In this document: in pieces, positions 13,711 through 23,280 of the stretch
Layout: the number at the start of each line of letters is the position of its first letter
Position numbering within the stretch: the first letter of the stretch is position 1
Assembly: GCA_963841545.1 (NCBI GenBank)
Contig: CAWJDE010000008.1
Span: 59,957 to 123,956, forward strand
Direction of reading: 5' to 3'
DNA from: an uncultured Chloroflexia bacterium
GTDB lineage: Bacteria; Chloroflexota; Limnocylindria; Limnocylindrales; CSP1-4
Length of the DNA stretch: 64,000 nucleotides
The notes under the pieces: model-generated
Told to the model about the DNA's origin: nothing
Seen by the model: only the letters and a program-made list of their open reading frames with translations
The model's database searches: none
Program-made: the position numbers and the translations under genes

Positions 13711-14658
13711 TCAGATCCGGTCGATCCGACGCGTGGGCAGCCGCGGCCCGCGGCGCGCCGGCCCCATCCCTGCCAGCTCGAGCAGGCGCAGCACCCGGCC
13801 CCGCTGCCCCCGGTACGGCTCGAGCAGCTCGAGCATCCGCTCGTCGGTTCCGCGCGGCTCGCCCGCCAGCGCCCAGCAGACGACGCTCGGCAGGTGGTAG
13901 TCGCCGACGCTCACGGCGTCCGGGTCGCCGAAGGCGCGGATGCCGACCTCGGCCGCGGTCCACGGCCCGATCCCCGGGAAGGCTCGCAGCGCGGCATACG
14001 CGGCTGACGGGACGGCTCCGGGACCGCCGGCAGCCCCGGCCAGGCGTTCCAGCCGGGCGGCCTCACGTGCGACGGCCCGGATGAGATCGGCCCGGCGGCG
14101 CTCCAGGCCCAGCGGGTGGAATGCGTGGTAGGGCAGCGCTGCCAGCATGGCCGGCGCCGGAGGCAGGCGCAGCCCGGGGGGCCCGGGCGCGGGCTCGCCG
14201 TAGGTCCACACGAGTGCCCGGTAGGTGTGCCGTGCCTCCTCACCGGTGACCTTCTGCTCGAGGATCGCGGGGATCAGCGCCTCGAGGACGGCCCCGGTGC
14301 GGCCCAGCCGCATGCCGGTCAGGCGGCGGACGGCGGCCGCCACGGCGGGATGGCGGGGTTCGAGCGCCTCCGGCACGTCGTCGAGGCCGAGGAGCGGCTC
14401 CAGGTGGGCGATGGCCCAGTCGCTGCCGGGTCCCCATGCCCGGGCGCCGAGCGTGCCGTCGCGCGCTTCGACGAACAGGGTCGCGGCACCCGCCGGCGTC
14501 CGGGTGGCCCGCCAGGCCGAGCCGGAGGCCTCGAACCGGAGCGCGGGGTCGCCACGGCCCCGCCGGTGGATCCCCAGCGTCAGGCGAAGGTCGAGCGGCA
14601 CGCGCAGGGGGATGGTCAGCCGAGCGTCGGGAGGGCGCAGGTCGGGGGCGGCGGTCAT
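13711..14658 (-). CDS. DNA-3-methyladenine glycosylase II family (HhH-GPD)
   Basis: AILEQKV, HhH LRAFPGIGPWTA, DAVSVGDYHL. Confidence 0.88.
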   Translation of the reverse strand: MTAAPDLRPPDARLTIPLRVPLDLRLTLGIHRRGRGDPALRFEASGSAWRATRTPAGAATLFVEARDGTLGARAWGPGSDWAIAHLEPLLGLDDVPEALEPRHPAVAAAVRRLTGMRLGRTGAVLEALIPAILEQKVTGEEARHTYRALVWTYGEPAPGPPGLRLPPAPAMLAALPYHAFHPLGLERRRADLIRAVAREAARLERLAGAAGGPGAVPSAAYAALRAFPGIGPWTAAEVGIRAFGDPDAVSVGDYHLPSVVCWALAGEPRGTDERMLELLEPYRGQRGRVLRLLELAGMGPARRGPRLPTRRIDRI

Positions 14659-14794
14659 CGGGGATCAGCGTACGCGGACCGCGGCCCGATCGGCTGGGCC
14701 GGTGGCCCGGCGCCGACTGCAACGCGGTCGCAACGCTGACGCGGGAACGATGCAGCGCGTTCCTTGACAACCTCAGGTAGCCTGTCCGGGCATC

Positions 14795-15397
14795 GTGCGA
14801 ACCAGGCTCATCGTCGCGATCGCGGCTCTCATGGCCGTGAGCGCCCTGGTCGCCGTACCAGAACCCGCGGGCTCGCGTGCCCCGAGCTCCGCCCGGTCGG
14901 TCGACGCTGCGAACCTGCGTCCCGTGTCGATCGTGCTGCCCGCCGGTTCCCCGGCGATGACGATTCACTCACTCGACCCCGCATCGCGCTCGGCCGGCTG
15001 GCTCGGGCCCGACGCCGCATTCGTGGCGCGCGGGCAGGCGCCGGACGTGCCGGGGCGCCCGTCGGTCCGCCAGCCGGCCACGCGGGCGGGCACGTTCCGC
15101 AAGAACTACTGGCGGTTCGACAGCGACATCAGCTGGTACGGGCCCGGGTTCTACGGGAGCGGGACGGCGTGTGGCCAGACCTACACCAGGGCGATCATCG
15201 GCGTGGCCCACCGGAGCCTGCCGTGCGGCACGCTGGTCACCTTCCGAAACCCGGCCAACGGCCGGCAGATCACCGTGCCCGTGATCGACCGCGGCCCGTA
15301 CGTCACGGGTCGGACCTGGGACATGTCCAGGGGCCTGTGCGAGTACCTCGATCACTGCTACACGGGCTCGATCGAGTGGCGGTGGGGGAGCCGCTAG
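14795..15397 (+). CDS. RlpA-like (DPBB) lytic transglycosylase family protein
   Basis: Signal peptide; SWYGPGFYG..TACG, VAHRSLPCGT, VIDRGPY. Confidence 0.88.
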   Translation: MRTRLIVAIAALMAVSALVAVPEPAGSRAPSSARSVDAANLRPVSIVLPAGSPAMTIHSLDPASRSAGWLGPDAAFVARGQAPDVPGRPSVRQPATRAGTFRKNYWRFDSDISWYGPGFYGSGTACGQTYTRAIIGVAHRSLPCGTLVTFRNPANGRQITVPVIDRGPYVTGRTWDMSRGLCEYLDHCYTGSIEWRWGSR

Positions 15398-15453
15398 CCG
15401 GATCGTCGGGACGGCCGACGGCCGGGCCGGAGACCGGCGCTCTGCTGCCACGC

Positions 15454-16716
15454 GTGTCGCGACGCCGGCTGCTGCGCGGGGTCCTGGGCGCGGCCGCCGC
15501 CACGATCCTGGCAGCATGTGCCGCACCGGAGACGCCGACGCCCGCGCGTGGATCGCCGTCCGGCTCCCCGGCCCCGGCATCTGCCACGACGCCGACGCCG
15601 ACCACGTCGATCGAGCCCCCGTCACCGTCGCCGTCCGGATCGTCACCGTCGCCGTCCGGATCGTCACCGGCGCCGTCGGCCGCGCCGGACCTGCGCACCA
15701 GGATCGCGGGGCTGATCGTGGTGGGCTTCCGCGGGACGCGCCTGCGGGACGCGCCCTGGCTCGCGACCGCCCTGGCCGATCCGGGTCTCGGCGGCGTGAT
15801 CCTGTTCGACCGGGACCAGCAGACGGGGCAACGCCGGAATGTGGCCTCGCCGGCCCAGCTCGCCCGGCTGACCGCGGACCTCCGGGCGGCCGCGCAGGAT
15901 CGCGAGCTCATCGTCGCGGTCGACCAGGAGGGTGGCCTGGTCACCCGGCTGTCACCCGACCACGGGTTCCCGGCCGTCGTCTCCGAGGCCGAGATCGGCC
16001 GGGGCACCGCCGCGGCCGCCGGCCGGTGGGCGAGGACGATCGCGATCACCCTCGCGGATGCGGGCGTCGGGCTCAACCTCGCGCCCGTCGTCGACCTGGA
16101 CGTCGATCCCGACAGCCCGGCGATCGGCGCCCTCGATCGCTCGTTCTCGGCCGATCCGGACGTGGTGGTCGAGATGGCCGCGATCGAGATCCGTGCGCAC
16201 CGCAGGTTGGGGGTGCGGACGACCCTCAAGCACTTCCCCGGGATCGGCAGCGCGACGGGCAACACCGACGACGGGGTGGTCGACGTCACCGATACCTGGA
16301 CCCGCCGGGAGCTCGAGCCGTTTCGCCGGCTGATCGCCGACGGGCACGCCGACGTGGTGATGGCGGCGCACGTCATCAACCGCCGGCTGGATGCCGAGCG
16401 GCCCACCTCGCTGTCGCGCGCCGTCGTGACCGCGCTGCTGCGCCAGGAGCTGGGCTGGGACGGGCTGGTGATCACCGACGATCTCCAGGCTCGCGCGATC
16501 GCCGAGCAGTACGGCACGGAGCAGGCCGCGGTGCTCGCGCTCGATGCCGGCAACGATCTGCTGCTGATCGCGAACCAGCAGGACTACGACGAGCGGATCG
16601 TCGGGCGGGTGGTCGACGCGGTGGCGACGGCTGTGGAGGCGGGGGCGCTGGATGCGAGCCGGGTGGACGAGGCCTGGAACCGCGTCCGGCTCCTGTTCGG
16701 CGGAACGGTCGCCTGA
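15454..16716 (+). CDS. GH3 beta-N-acetylhexosaminidase-like Tat lipoprotein
   Basis: SRRRLL...LAAC signal; AVDQEGG, LAPVVD, KHFPG, VITDDL; start approximate. Confidence 0.88.
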   Translation: MSRRRLLRGVLGAAAATILAACAAPETPTPARGSPSGSPAPASATTPTPTTSIEPPSPSPSGSSPSPSGSSPAPSAAPDLRTRIAGLIVVGFRGTRLRDAPWLATALADPGLGGVILFDRDQQTGQRRNVASPAQLARLTADLRAAAQDRELIVAVDQEGGLVTRLSPDHGFPAVVSEAEIGRGTAAAAGRWARTIAITLADAGVGLNLAPVVDLDVDPDSPAIGALDRSFSADPDVVVEMAAIEIRAHRRLGVRTTLKHFPGIGSATGNTDDGVVDVTDTWTRRELEPFRRLIADGHADVVMAAHVINRRLDAERPTSLSRAVVTALLRQELGWDGLVITDDLQARAIAEQYGTEQAAVLALDAGNDLLLIANQQDYDERIVGRVVDAVATAVEAGALDASRVDEAWNRVRLLFGGTVA

Positions 16717-16877
16717 GGTCGCGCCCGGGGCCGCCCGGATGACCGGGCTCCCATGGCCCGGCCCCCGGCCGGATGGGAAACGTCCCGGCGCTCACGCACC
16801 GGTACGCGCGGAACCGCGCTGAGGCCGCCGGCGTCTGGCCAGCGTTCGCGGCGTTGCCGCCCATCCTGGAGCGATCC

Positions 16878-17852
16878 ATGTCCGTCCCCGGCCGTTCCCC
16901 CTGGCGCGTCCTGCTGATCTCGGCCGCCACCCTCGTCGCTGCCTGCTCGGCAGCGACGCCAACCGCCTCGCCGCCGGGCCCGACGGCGGCTCCCCCCACC
17001 CCGGTCGCCACCCCGGGCCCGTCCGACCCTGGACCGAGCGACCAACCTGCAGCCGGCCCGTCCCTGCTGATCGAGGTCACCAGCGAGGGGGGGTTCATCA
17101 ACCCCGTCGTGACCCTCGGCGCCGTGCCCCAGGTGGTGGTCGATGACGACGGACGCGTCTACACTCCCGCCCCGGACGCCATGCTCGATTCCGGCGATTC
17201 GCCGCTGATCCCGCACGTCGACGTCCGTGACCTGGGCTCGACCGGTGCGACGGCGATCGCCGACGCCATCCGTGCCGCCGGCCTCGATCATGAGCACGAC
17301 AACGTCGGGGTGGCGGCGGACGCGGGCGTGACCGTGTTCACGGTCGTCCTGAACGGCGTCGAGATCGTGAACCGCTTCACGCTCGGCGGCGGTCGTCCCG
17401 GGGGCCCGGGCCTGCCGGGGGGTCTTCCCGGCGTCCCGGGCGCCAACGGGCCCGCCGACCCGACACCGGACCCCACGGCCGCAGCCGCGTTTGCCCTGCT
17501 CGCCAGGCTGACCGATCCGTCCGAGACCTGGGGCGCCCCGGAAGCGGGGTCCACGACCTACGAGCCGGTGGCCTACCGGGTGTATGCGGCGCCGGGCGCC
17601 ACGCCGGCCGAGTCCGGATCAGCTGCGCCCGTCCCGGCCTGGCCGCTGGCGACGGGTCTCGACGCGTTCGGAACGGCGGCGGTGCCGGATCTCGGGCTGG
17701 CCGGGTTGCGAACCGGGATCGTCCAGGGCCCCGATGCGGCCGCGCTCGCGTCGCAGCTGGGGCCGCTCCCGGCCGGCAGCGTGGTGGCGTCCGGCGGTGG
17801 CCTGTGGCAGCTGTGGATCCGGCCGCTGCTGCCCGATGAGGTCGGCGCCTGA
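16878..17852 (+). CDS. Hypothetical lipoprotein
   Basis: Lipobox VAAC, Pro-rich linker, EGGF motif, C-terminal RPLLPDE. Confidence 0.8.
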   Translation: MSVPGRSPWRVLLISAATLVAACSAATPTASPPGPTAAPPTPVATPGPSDPGPSDQPAAGPSLLIEVTSEGGFINPVVTLGAVPQVVVDDDGRVYTPAPDAMLDSGDSPLIPHVDVRDLGSTGATAIADAIRAAGLDHEHDNVGVAADAGVTVFTVVLNGVEIVNRFTLGGGRPGGPGLPGGLPGVPGANGPADPTPDPTAAAAFALLARLTDPSETWGAPEAGSTTYEPVAYRVYAAPGATPAESGSAAPVPAWPLATGLDAFGTAAVPDLGLAGLRTGIVQGPDAAALASQLGPLPAGSVVASGGGLWQLWIRPLLPDEVGA

Positions 17853-18053
17853 TCTTCGCCGACGGCGGGCGTACGATCAGCCGCCCTGCCGTCGCGCGAT
17901 GACTGGAACGGCGGATGATGTGCAAATCCACATGATCGGCACACGTCCGGGCAACCCGGGCACGGCTAGCCTCTCCGATGGGTGCCCAAGTCCGGTTGGC
18001 GCCCCAAGGACGGAGGACCAGGTTGGCATGGCGAGACCCCCGATGGGACAGCG

Positions 18054-19340
18054 GTGAGCCGTCGACAGCGGGGATCTCGTCGCAGCCCAGCCCGGTTGCC
18101 TGGCAACGCCGATTCGGCGTACTGGTCGGGCCAAGCTCCGTCTGAGGATGCTCCCGGCCCCTCGCTCCGGGAGCAGCTGGAGCGCGCGAGCGTGCCCGCT
18201 CGCGCGCTCCTCCCCCTGCGCGTCTTCTTCGGCCTGACCTTCGTCTACGCAGGCTTCGACAAGCTCCTCGATCCGGCGTTCTTCGATGCCTCGAGCCCGG
18301 CCTCGATCTACGGCCAGCTCGCGGCGTTCGTCCAGGTCTCGCCGCTCTCGCCCCTGGTTCGGATCATGGAGCCGTTCGCCCTGCCGCTGGGGCTGCTGAT
18401 CGCGCTGGGCGAGATCGCGATCGGGCTCGGTGCGCTGACCGGTCTCGCCTTCCGTGCCGCCGCGGCTTCCGGCGCCGCCCTGTCGCTGCTGTTCTGGCTG
18501 ACCGCCTCGTGGACGACGACGCCCTACTTCTACGGCCCCGACCTCCCGTATGCGTTCGGCTGGATCGCCCTCGCGCTGGCGGGCGACGGCGGGCTGCTCG
18601 TCGCGCGCTCGGTGCGCGAGCTCGGTGCCTTCGTCACCGACGATTGGCCGGGCTCGGTGCGCTCGGGTGCCGCCTACCGCGTCCGGGGCCGGCGTGCCGC
18701 CGAGGTCGAGGCGTCACCCCTCCGGCGAACGATGATCCAGGCCGGTGCCCTCGGGGCGCTGGCCCTGGTTGCCGCCTCGTTCGCGGTCCCGTTGCGGATC
18801 CTCCGTCCCGCGTCGTCGGCGGGCGGCCTCGAAGGCCGGGGGCCCGACGCGTCCGGCGACGGCGTGGCCGGGTCCGGCACCGGCACCGGCTCCGGTGACG
18901 GCGGGCTCGGAGGCTCCGGGGCCGGCACGGGGGGGCAGACCGAAGGACCCACGGGCACGGGCGTTCCCGGAGCCGGCTCGACGCCCGGGCCGGCCCCGAA
19001 CGGCAAGCTGACCCTGGCCTCGATCGGGACGGTCGATCAGCGCGGGGCAGCGAGGACCAGGATCCCGCTCGACGCTCCGGCCCCGTACCCGGCCGGCGAC
19101 CCGGCGATCATCGTGCGGCTGTCCGACGGCAGCTACGTGGCCTACGACGCGAGCTGCACGCACCAGGGCTGCCCGGTCGGCTGGGACGCCCGCGACAGCG
19201 TGCTGCTGTGCCCCTGCCACGGGGCGGCATTCGACCCGGCCAACCACGGCGCCGTGCTCGGCGGACCCACCCGACAGCCGTTGCTCGAGCTGCCGCTGGC
19301 GATCGACAAGCAGGCCGGGACGATCAGCCTCCGCGCCTGA
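18054..19340 (+). CDS. DoxD/DoxX-family membrane domain fused to Rieske [2Fe-2S] domain
   Basis: LPLRVFFG.TF.YAG.DKL.DP.FF; internal RR-TM segment; CTHQGC and CPCHG; start uncertain (17982 or 18054). Confidence 0.85.
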   Translation: MSRRQRGSRRSPARLPGNADSAYWSGQAPSEDAPGPSLREQLERASVPARALLPLRVFFGLTFVYAGFDKLLDPAFFDASSPASIYGQLAAFVQVSPLSPLVRIMEPFALPLGLLIALGEIAIGLGALTGLAFRAAAASGAALSLLFWLTASWTTTPYFYGPDLPYAFGWIALALAGDGGLLVARSVRELGAFVTDDWPGSVRSGAAYRVRGRRAAEVEASPLRRTMIQAGALGALALVAASFAVPLRILRPASSAGGLEGRGPDASGDGVAGSGTGTGSGDGGLGGSGAGTGGQTEGPTGTGVPGAGSTPGPAPNGKLTLASIGTVDQRGAARTRIPLDAPAPYPAGDPAIIVRLSDGSYVAYDASCTHQGCPVGWDARDSVLLCPCHGAAFDPANHGAVLGGPTRQPLLELPLAIDKQAGTISLRA

Positions 19341-19342
19341 GG

Positions 19343-20722
19343 TCAGCGGTCCAGCGGCGCAAAGGTCGCGCCGAAGTGGCGAAGGGCGGCGGGCTCATGC
19401 TCGATGCGGTAGCCGCGCAGGGATGCCGCCCGCGACGCCACCTCCGTGACCACCTCGATCACGTAGTCGATGTGGCTCTGGGTGTACGTCCGGCGCGGGA
19501 TGGCGAGCCGGACCAGGTCCATCGCCGCGGGTGTCTCGGTGCCGTCCGGGTGGCGCCCGAACATCACCGTGCCGATCTCGCAGCCACGGATGCCACCGGT
19601 CCGGTACAGCTCGACCGCCAGCGCCTGCCCCGGGTACGCGAGCGGCGAGATCTGGGGCAGCAGGGCGCGGGCGTCGAGATACACGGCGTGACCACCGAAC
19701 GGCTTGACGAGCGGGATGCCGGCCGCGTCGAGCGCCTCGCCGAGGTACGCCGTCGACCGGATCCGGTAGCGCAGGTAGTCCTCGTCCACGACCTCGCGCA
19801 GCCCCTGCGCGATCGCCTCGAGGTCGCGACCGGCGAGGCCGCCGTAGGTGACGAAGCCCTCGGTCAGGATCAGCAGGTTGCGGCAGCGCTCCGCGAGACC
19901 GTCGTCGTTCATCGCCAGCCAGCCGCCGATGTTCGCGAGGCCGTCCTTCTTGGCCGACATCGTCATCCCGTCCGCCAGCGATCCGATCTCGCGCACGATG
20001 TCGACGACCGGCCGATCCGCCTGCCCGGGCTCGCGGGTCTTGATGAACCACGCGTTCTCGGCAAATCGGCAGCCGTCGAGGAACAGCGGCTTCCCGTATC
20101 GATCGCACGTCCCGCGCACCGCGCGCAGGTTGGCGAGGCTCACCGGCTGGCCGCCGCCCGAGTTGTTGGTGATCGTGACGAACACGACGGGAACGTCGGC
20201 GGCGCGGTCCGCCAGCAGCGCCTCGAGCGCCGCCACGTCCATGTTGCCCTTGAACGGGTGGATCGCCGCGGGCTCGCGACCCTCGGCGATCACGAGGTCG
20301 ACGGCCTCGGCCCCGGTGAACTCGACGTTGGCACGGGTGGTGTCGAAGTGGGTGTTGTTGGGGACGACCATCCCTGGCCCGCCGACGGCGCTGAACAGGA
20401 TCCTCTCGGCCGCCCGACCCTGGTGGGTGGGGATGACGTGGCGGAACGGGAACAGCGCCTGGACCGCCTCGAGGAACGCATACCACGACGGGCTGCCCGC
20501 GTAGCTCTCGTCGCCGCGCTGGATGGCCGCCCACTGGTCGCGGCTCATCGCGCCCGTACCCGAGTCGGTCAGCAGGTCGATCAGCACGTCGTCCGCGTGG
20601 AGGTTGAACAGGTTCCAGCCCGCGGCCTGGAGAGCCCGCTCGCGCTCGACGACCGTGGTGAGCCGGATGGGCTCGACGGCATGGATCCGGAACGGCTCGA
20701 TGATCGTGTGCCAGCGGTCCAT
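19343..20722 (-). CDS. tnaA: Tryptophanase (beta-eliminating lyase)
   Basis: IIEPFRI, DLLTDSGTGAMS, THQGRAAE, MSAKKDG, RLAIPRRTYTQSH. Confidence 0.92.
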   Translation of the reverse strand: MDRWHTIIEPFRIHAVEPIRLTTVVERERALQAAGWNLFNLHADDVLIDLLTDSGTGAMSRDQWAAIQRGDESYAGSPSWYAFLEAVQALFPFRHVIPTHQGRAAERILFSAVGGPGMVVPNNTHFDTTRANVEFTGAEAVDLVIAEGREPAAIHPFKGNMDVAALEALLADRAADVPVVFVTITNNSGGGQPVSLANLRAVRGTCDRYGKPLFLDGCRFAENAWFIKTREPGQADRPVVDIVREIGSLADGMTMSAKKDGLANIGGWLAMNDDGLAERCRNLLILTEGFVTYGGLAGRDLEAIAQGLREVVDEDYLRYRIRSTAYLGEALDAAGIPLVKPFGGHAVYLDARALLPQISPLAYPGQALAVELYRTGGIRGCEIGTVMFGRHPDGTETPAAMDLVRLAIPRRTYTQSHIDYVIEVVTEVASRAASLRGYRIEHEPAALRHFGATFAPLDR

Positions 20723-21117
20723 CGCCGCCGAGCATACCCGGACCCACGAGGGCGTCGGCGACCCGGCGGTCGTGCGATCGCCGACCCGGCGGAAGTCCGA
20801 TCGCCGATGGGATGCGGCCGCTCTCCCGGGCTGAGCCGGCTCCGGCGGCGAGCGGACGGACCTCGGCCCGGGCGACGCGGCGACGTCGGGGGCCGGGCAC
20901 GAGAAGAGACCGGATCCGAGTGGTCGGACCCGGTCTCGATGATTCCCCGGCCGCGATCCGGAAGACCCGGATGTCGACCTGATGACTCCCCGGCACCTGT
21001 GGCCACGTCGATGTTGCACCGTCAGCGGACGGGCGTCGATCCCTTCGGAGGCGCCCGCGCACCACTTTCTCCCGGGCGCTACCCTCGCCTTCCGTCCCGA
21101 ACTCGAAGGAGCACCCC

Positions 21118-21444
21118 ATGTGTCGCAGCATCCGCCAGCTTCGGCGCGGCGAGGACGCCGGCGCCGCCACCACGGGCGAGGCGCAGGCCGCCGCCCTCCA
21201 GTACGTGCGCAAGATCAGCGGGTACCGCGCGCCGGCGGCACGGAACGAGGAAGCGTTTCGGGTCGCCGTGGAGCAGATCGCGGCCGTGACCGAGCGGCTG
21301 CTCGAAGCGATCGGGACGCCCGTCGCCGACGGTCCCGACCCGTTCGCGGATCCCGTGACGAGACGCGCGATCCTGGCGGCCCGCGGGCCGCGGCGGGGCC
21401 GCGACGTCGCCGGTCCACGCACGCCGACCCGCGCGACCGCATGA
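21118..21444 (+). CDS. DUF2277 family protein
   Basis: MCRSI..LR...AAALQYVRKISGY. Confidence 0.85.
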   Translation: MCRSIRQLRRGEDAGAATTGEAQAAALQYVRKISGYRAPAARNEEAFRVAVEQIAAVTERLLEAIGTPVADGPDPFADPVTRRAILAARGPRRGRDVAGPRTPTRATA

Positions 21445-22706
21445 CCATCGACCTCGGGCCGCAGCCCGTCGCGGCGCCGACCTGGTGGCGACGGCCGGGT
21501 CTCGACGTCGTCGACGGCCGGCTCTCGGTCGATGGTGCCGATCTCGAGGCGCTGGCCCGGGCGCACGGGACGCCGCTGTTCGTCTACGACCTCGCCCGCC
21601 CGGTCGAGAACGCGCGCGCCCTCCAGGCCGCGCTCGTGCGGGCCGGCCTTCCGCACGTCGTCCGCTTCGCGCTCAAGGCCTGCCCGGACCCGCGGATCCT
21701 GGCCGTGCTCCGCGGCCTCGGCGGGCCGGGCACGCCGGGCAGCGTGGGGATCGACGCGTGCTCGCCGGGCGAGGTCGTCCATGCGCTCGCCAACGGCTGG
21801 CAGCCCGACGAGATCAGCCATACCGGCACCAACGTCTCGGAGCGCGACCTCGACGTCCTGCTCGCCCACCCGATCCGGATCAACCTCGACGGGATCAGCC
21901 AGCTCGAGCGGGTGGGCCGCCGGGCGCCGGGCCGGACGGTGGGCATCCGCGTCAACCCGGGTGCCGGCGCCGGCTATACGGAGCACCTCGCCTACGCCGG
22001 CGAGCGGCCCACCAAGTTCGGCGTGACGGAGGATCGTGTCGACGATGCGATCGCGGCCGTCCGCCGCCACCGCCTGGTCGTGGACACGCTCCACTTCCAT
22101 GCCGGCTCGGGCTGGCTGGGCGACCAGCTCGACGGGTTCGAGGCCGCGCTCCGGCGGTCGACGGTGTTCCTCGACCGGCTGCTGGCGGCAGGCTTCCCGA
22201 TCCGGGAGGTCAACGTCGGCGGCGGCCTGGGCAGGGTGGCGCGCCAGGGCGAGGTTCCGATCGACCTCGATGCCTACGCGGCGGTCGTCGGCCGCCATCT
22301 CGGGCCGTACGGGGTCACCGTCGCGTTCGAGCCGGGCGACTTCCTGATGAAGGATGCGGGCGTGCTCCTGGGCGAGATCGTGAGCATCGAGCGCCGCGGC
22401 GGGACGACCTTCGTGGGGCTCGATCTCGGCTGGAACGTGAACTGCGCCTGGTTCATCTACCGCTACGCGCAGGAGATCCTGCCGCTGACCGACCCGCTGC
22501 GCACCCGGACGCAGCGGGTGACGGTGGCCGGCCACATCAACGAGGCGGGCGACGTGTTCGCGGAGGACTACCCGTTCCCCGACGTCGCCGAGGGCGAGCT
22601 GGTGGCGATCCTCAACGCCGGCGGGTACCTCCAGGCGATGTCGACGACCCACTGCCTGCGGCCCACGGGCCAGGCCGTCTACCTCGAGCGCGCGGTGGCC
22701 GGGTGA
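21441..22706 (+). CDS. PLP-dependent group IV decarboxylase (LysA-like)
   Basis: GTPLFVYD, FALKA, KFG, HFHAGSG, NVGGG, EPG, NAGGY; ATGA overlap with DUF2277 gene. Confidence 0.85.
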   Translation: MTIDLGPQPVAAPTWWRRPGLDVVDGRLSVDGADLEALARAHGTPLFVYDLARPVENARALQAALVRAGLPHVVRFALKACPDPRILAVLRGLGGPGTPGSVGIDACSPGEVVHALANGWQPDEISHTGTNVSERDLDVLLAHPIRINLDGISQLERVGRRAPGRTVGIRVNPGAGAGYTEHLAYAGERPTKFGVTEDRVDDAIAAVRRHRLVVDTLHFHAGSGWLGDQLDGFEAALRRSTVFLDRLLAAGFPIREVNVGGGLGRVARQGEVPIDLDAYAAVVGRHLGPYGVTVAFEPGDFLMKDAGVLLGEIVSIERRGGTTFVGLDLGWNVNCAWFIYRYAQEILPLTDPLRTRTQRVTVAGHINEAGDVFAEDYPFPDVAEGELVAILNAGGYLQAMSTTHCLRPTGQAVYLERAVAG

Positions 22707-22854
22707 CCATCGTCGACGCCCGGGTGGCGGTCCCGGCAGGGCTCCCGGCGCGACCGCTCCAGGGTGACCCGCCGGGTTCGTCGCGGGGCTGTCCCGACCG
22801 TCGCGCGGGCCTCGGTGGCCCGGGGCTCCTGGCCAGGGGTCGCTCCCCGGCGCG

Positions 22855-22928
22855 CTGGGCGGGGACGGCCGCTACAGGACGTCCCGGCGCACTGGGCGGG
22901 GACGGCCGCTACAGGACGTCCCGGCGCA
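22855..22928. repeat. Perfect 37-bp tandem duplication spanning a stop codon
   Basis: ctgggcggggacggccgctacaggacgtcccggcgca at 22855 and 22892. Confidence 0.9.
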
Positions 22929-23280
22929 CGATGAGGCGCGACACGAGACCGTCCGCGTCCACCTCTGCCAGCACGGTCGCGCCGATGGACTGCTCCGCGG
23001 GGACCGTGCCCGGGAACAGGACCGTGCGCATGGCATGGGGTGACGGCCGCGCGGGCAGCCGGCGCGGCTGACCGAGCTCTGCGGCAAGGTCGTCGATCGT
23101 CAGCCGACGCACGGGTCGCACGGAGACGTGGTCGAGGGTCGCATCGCCCGGCACGGCGACGACCTGCGGAGCCTCGAACACCCCGCCTTCGAGGGCCTCC
23201 GGGATCCCTGCCGCGTCCGCCGCCCCGGCTGCGGCAACCGCGCCCCGCAGCGCGTCGAGGGCGGCGCCCAGGGCGCTCAT
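22909..23280 (-). CDS. Hypothetical protein, candidate immunity/partner protein
   Basis: ATG overlaps the upstream stop (ATGA); 123 aa MSALGAALD...LIVRRDVL. Confidence 0.65.
   Translation of the reverse strand: MSALGAALDALRGAVAAAGAADAAGIPEALEGGVFEAPQVVAVPGDATLDHVSVRPVRRLTIDDLAAELGQPRRLPARPSPHAMRTVLFPGTVPAEQSIGATVLAEVDADGLVSRLIVRRDVL

Noticed and set aside
22855-22928. CRISPR array (37-bp repeat)
   Set aside because: Two directly abutting copies, no spacers, no cas genes
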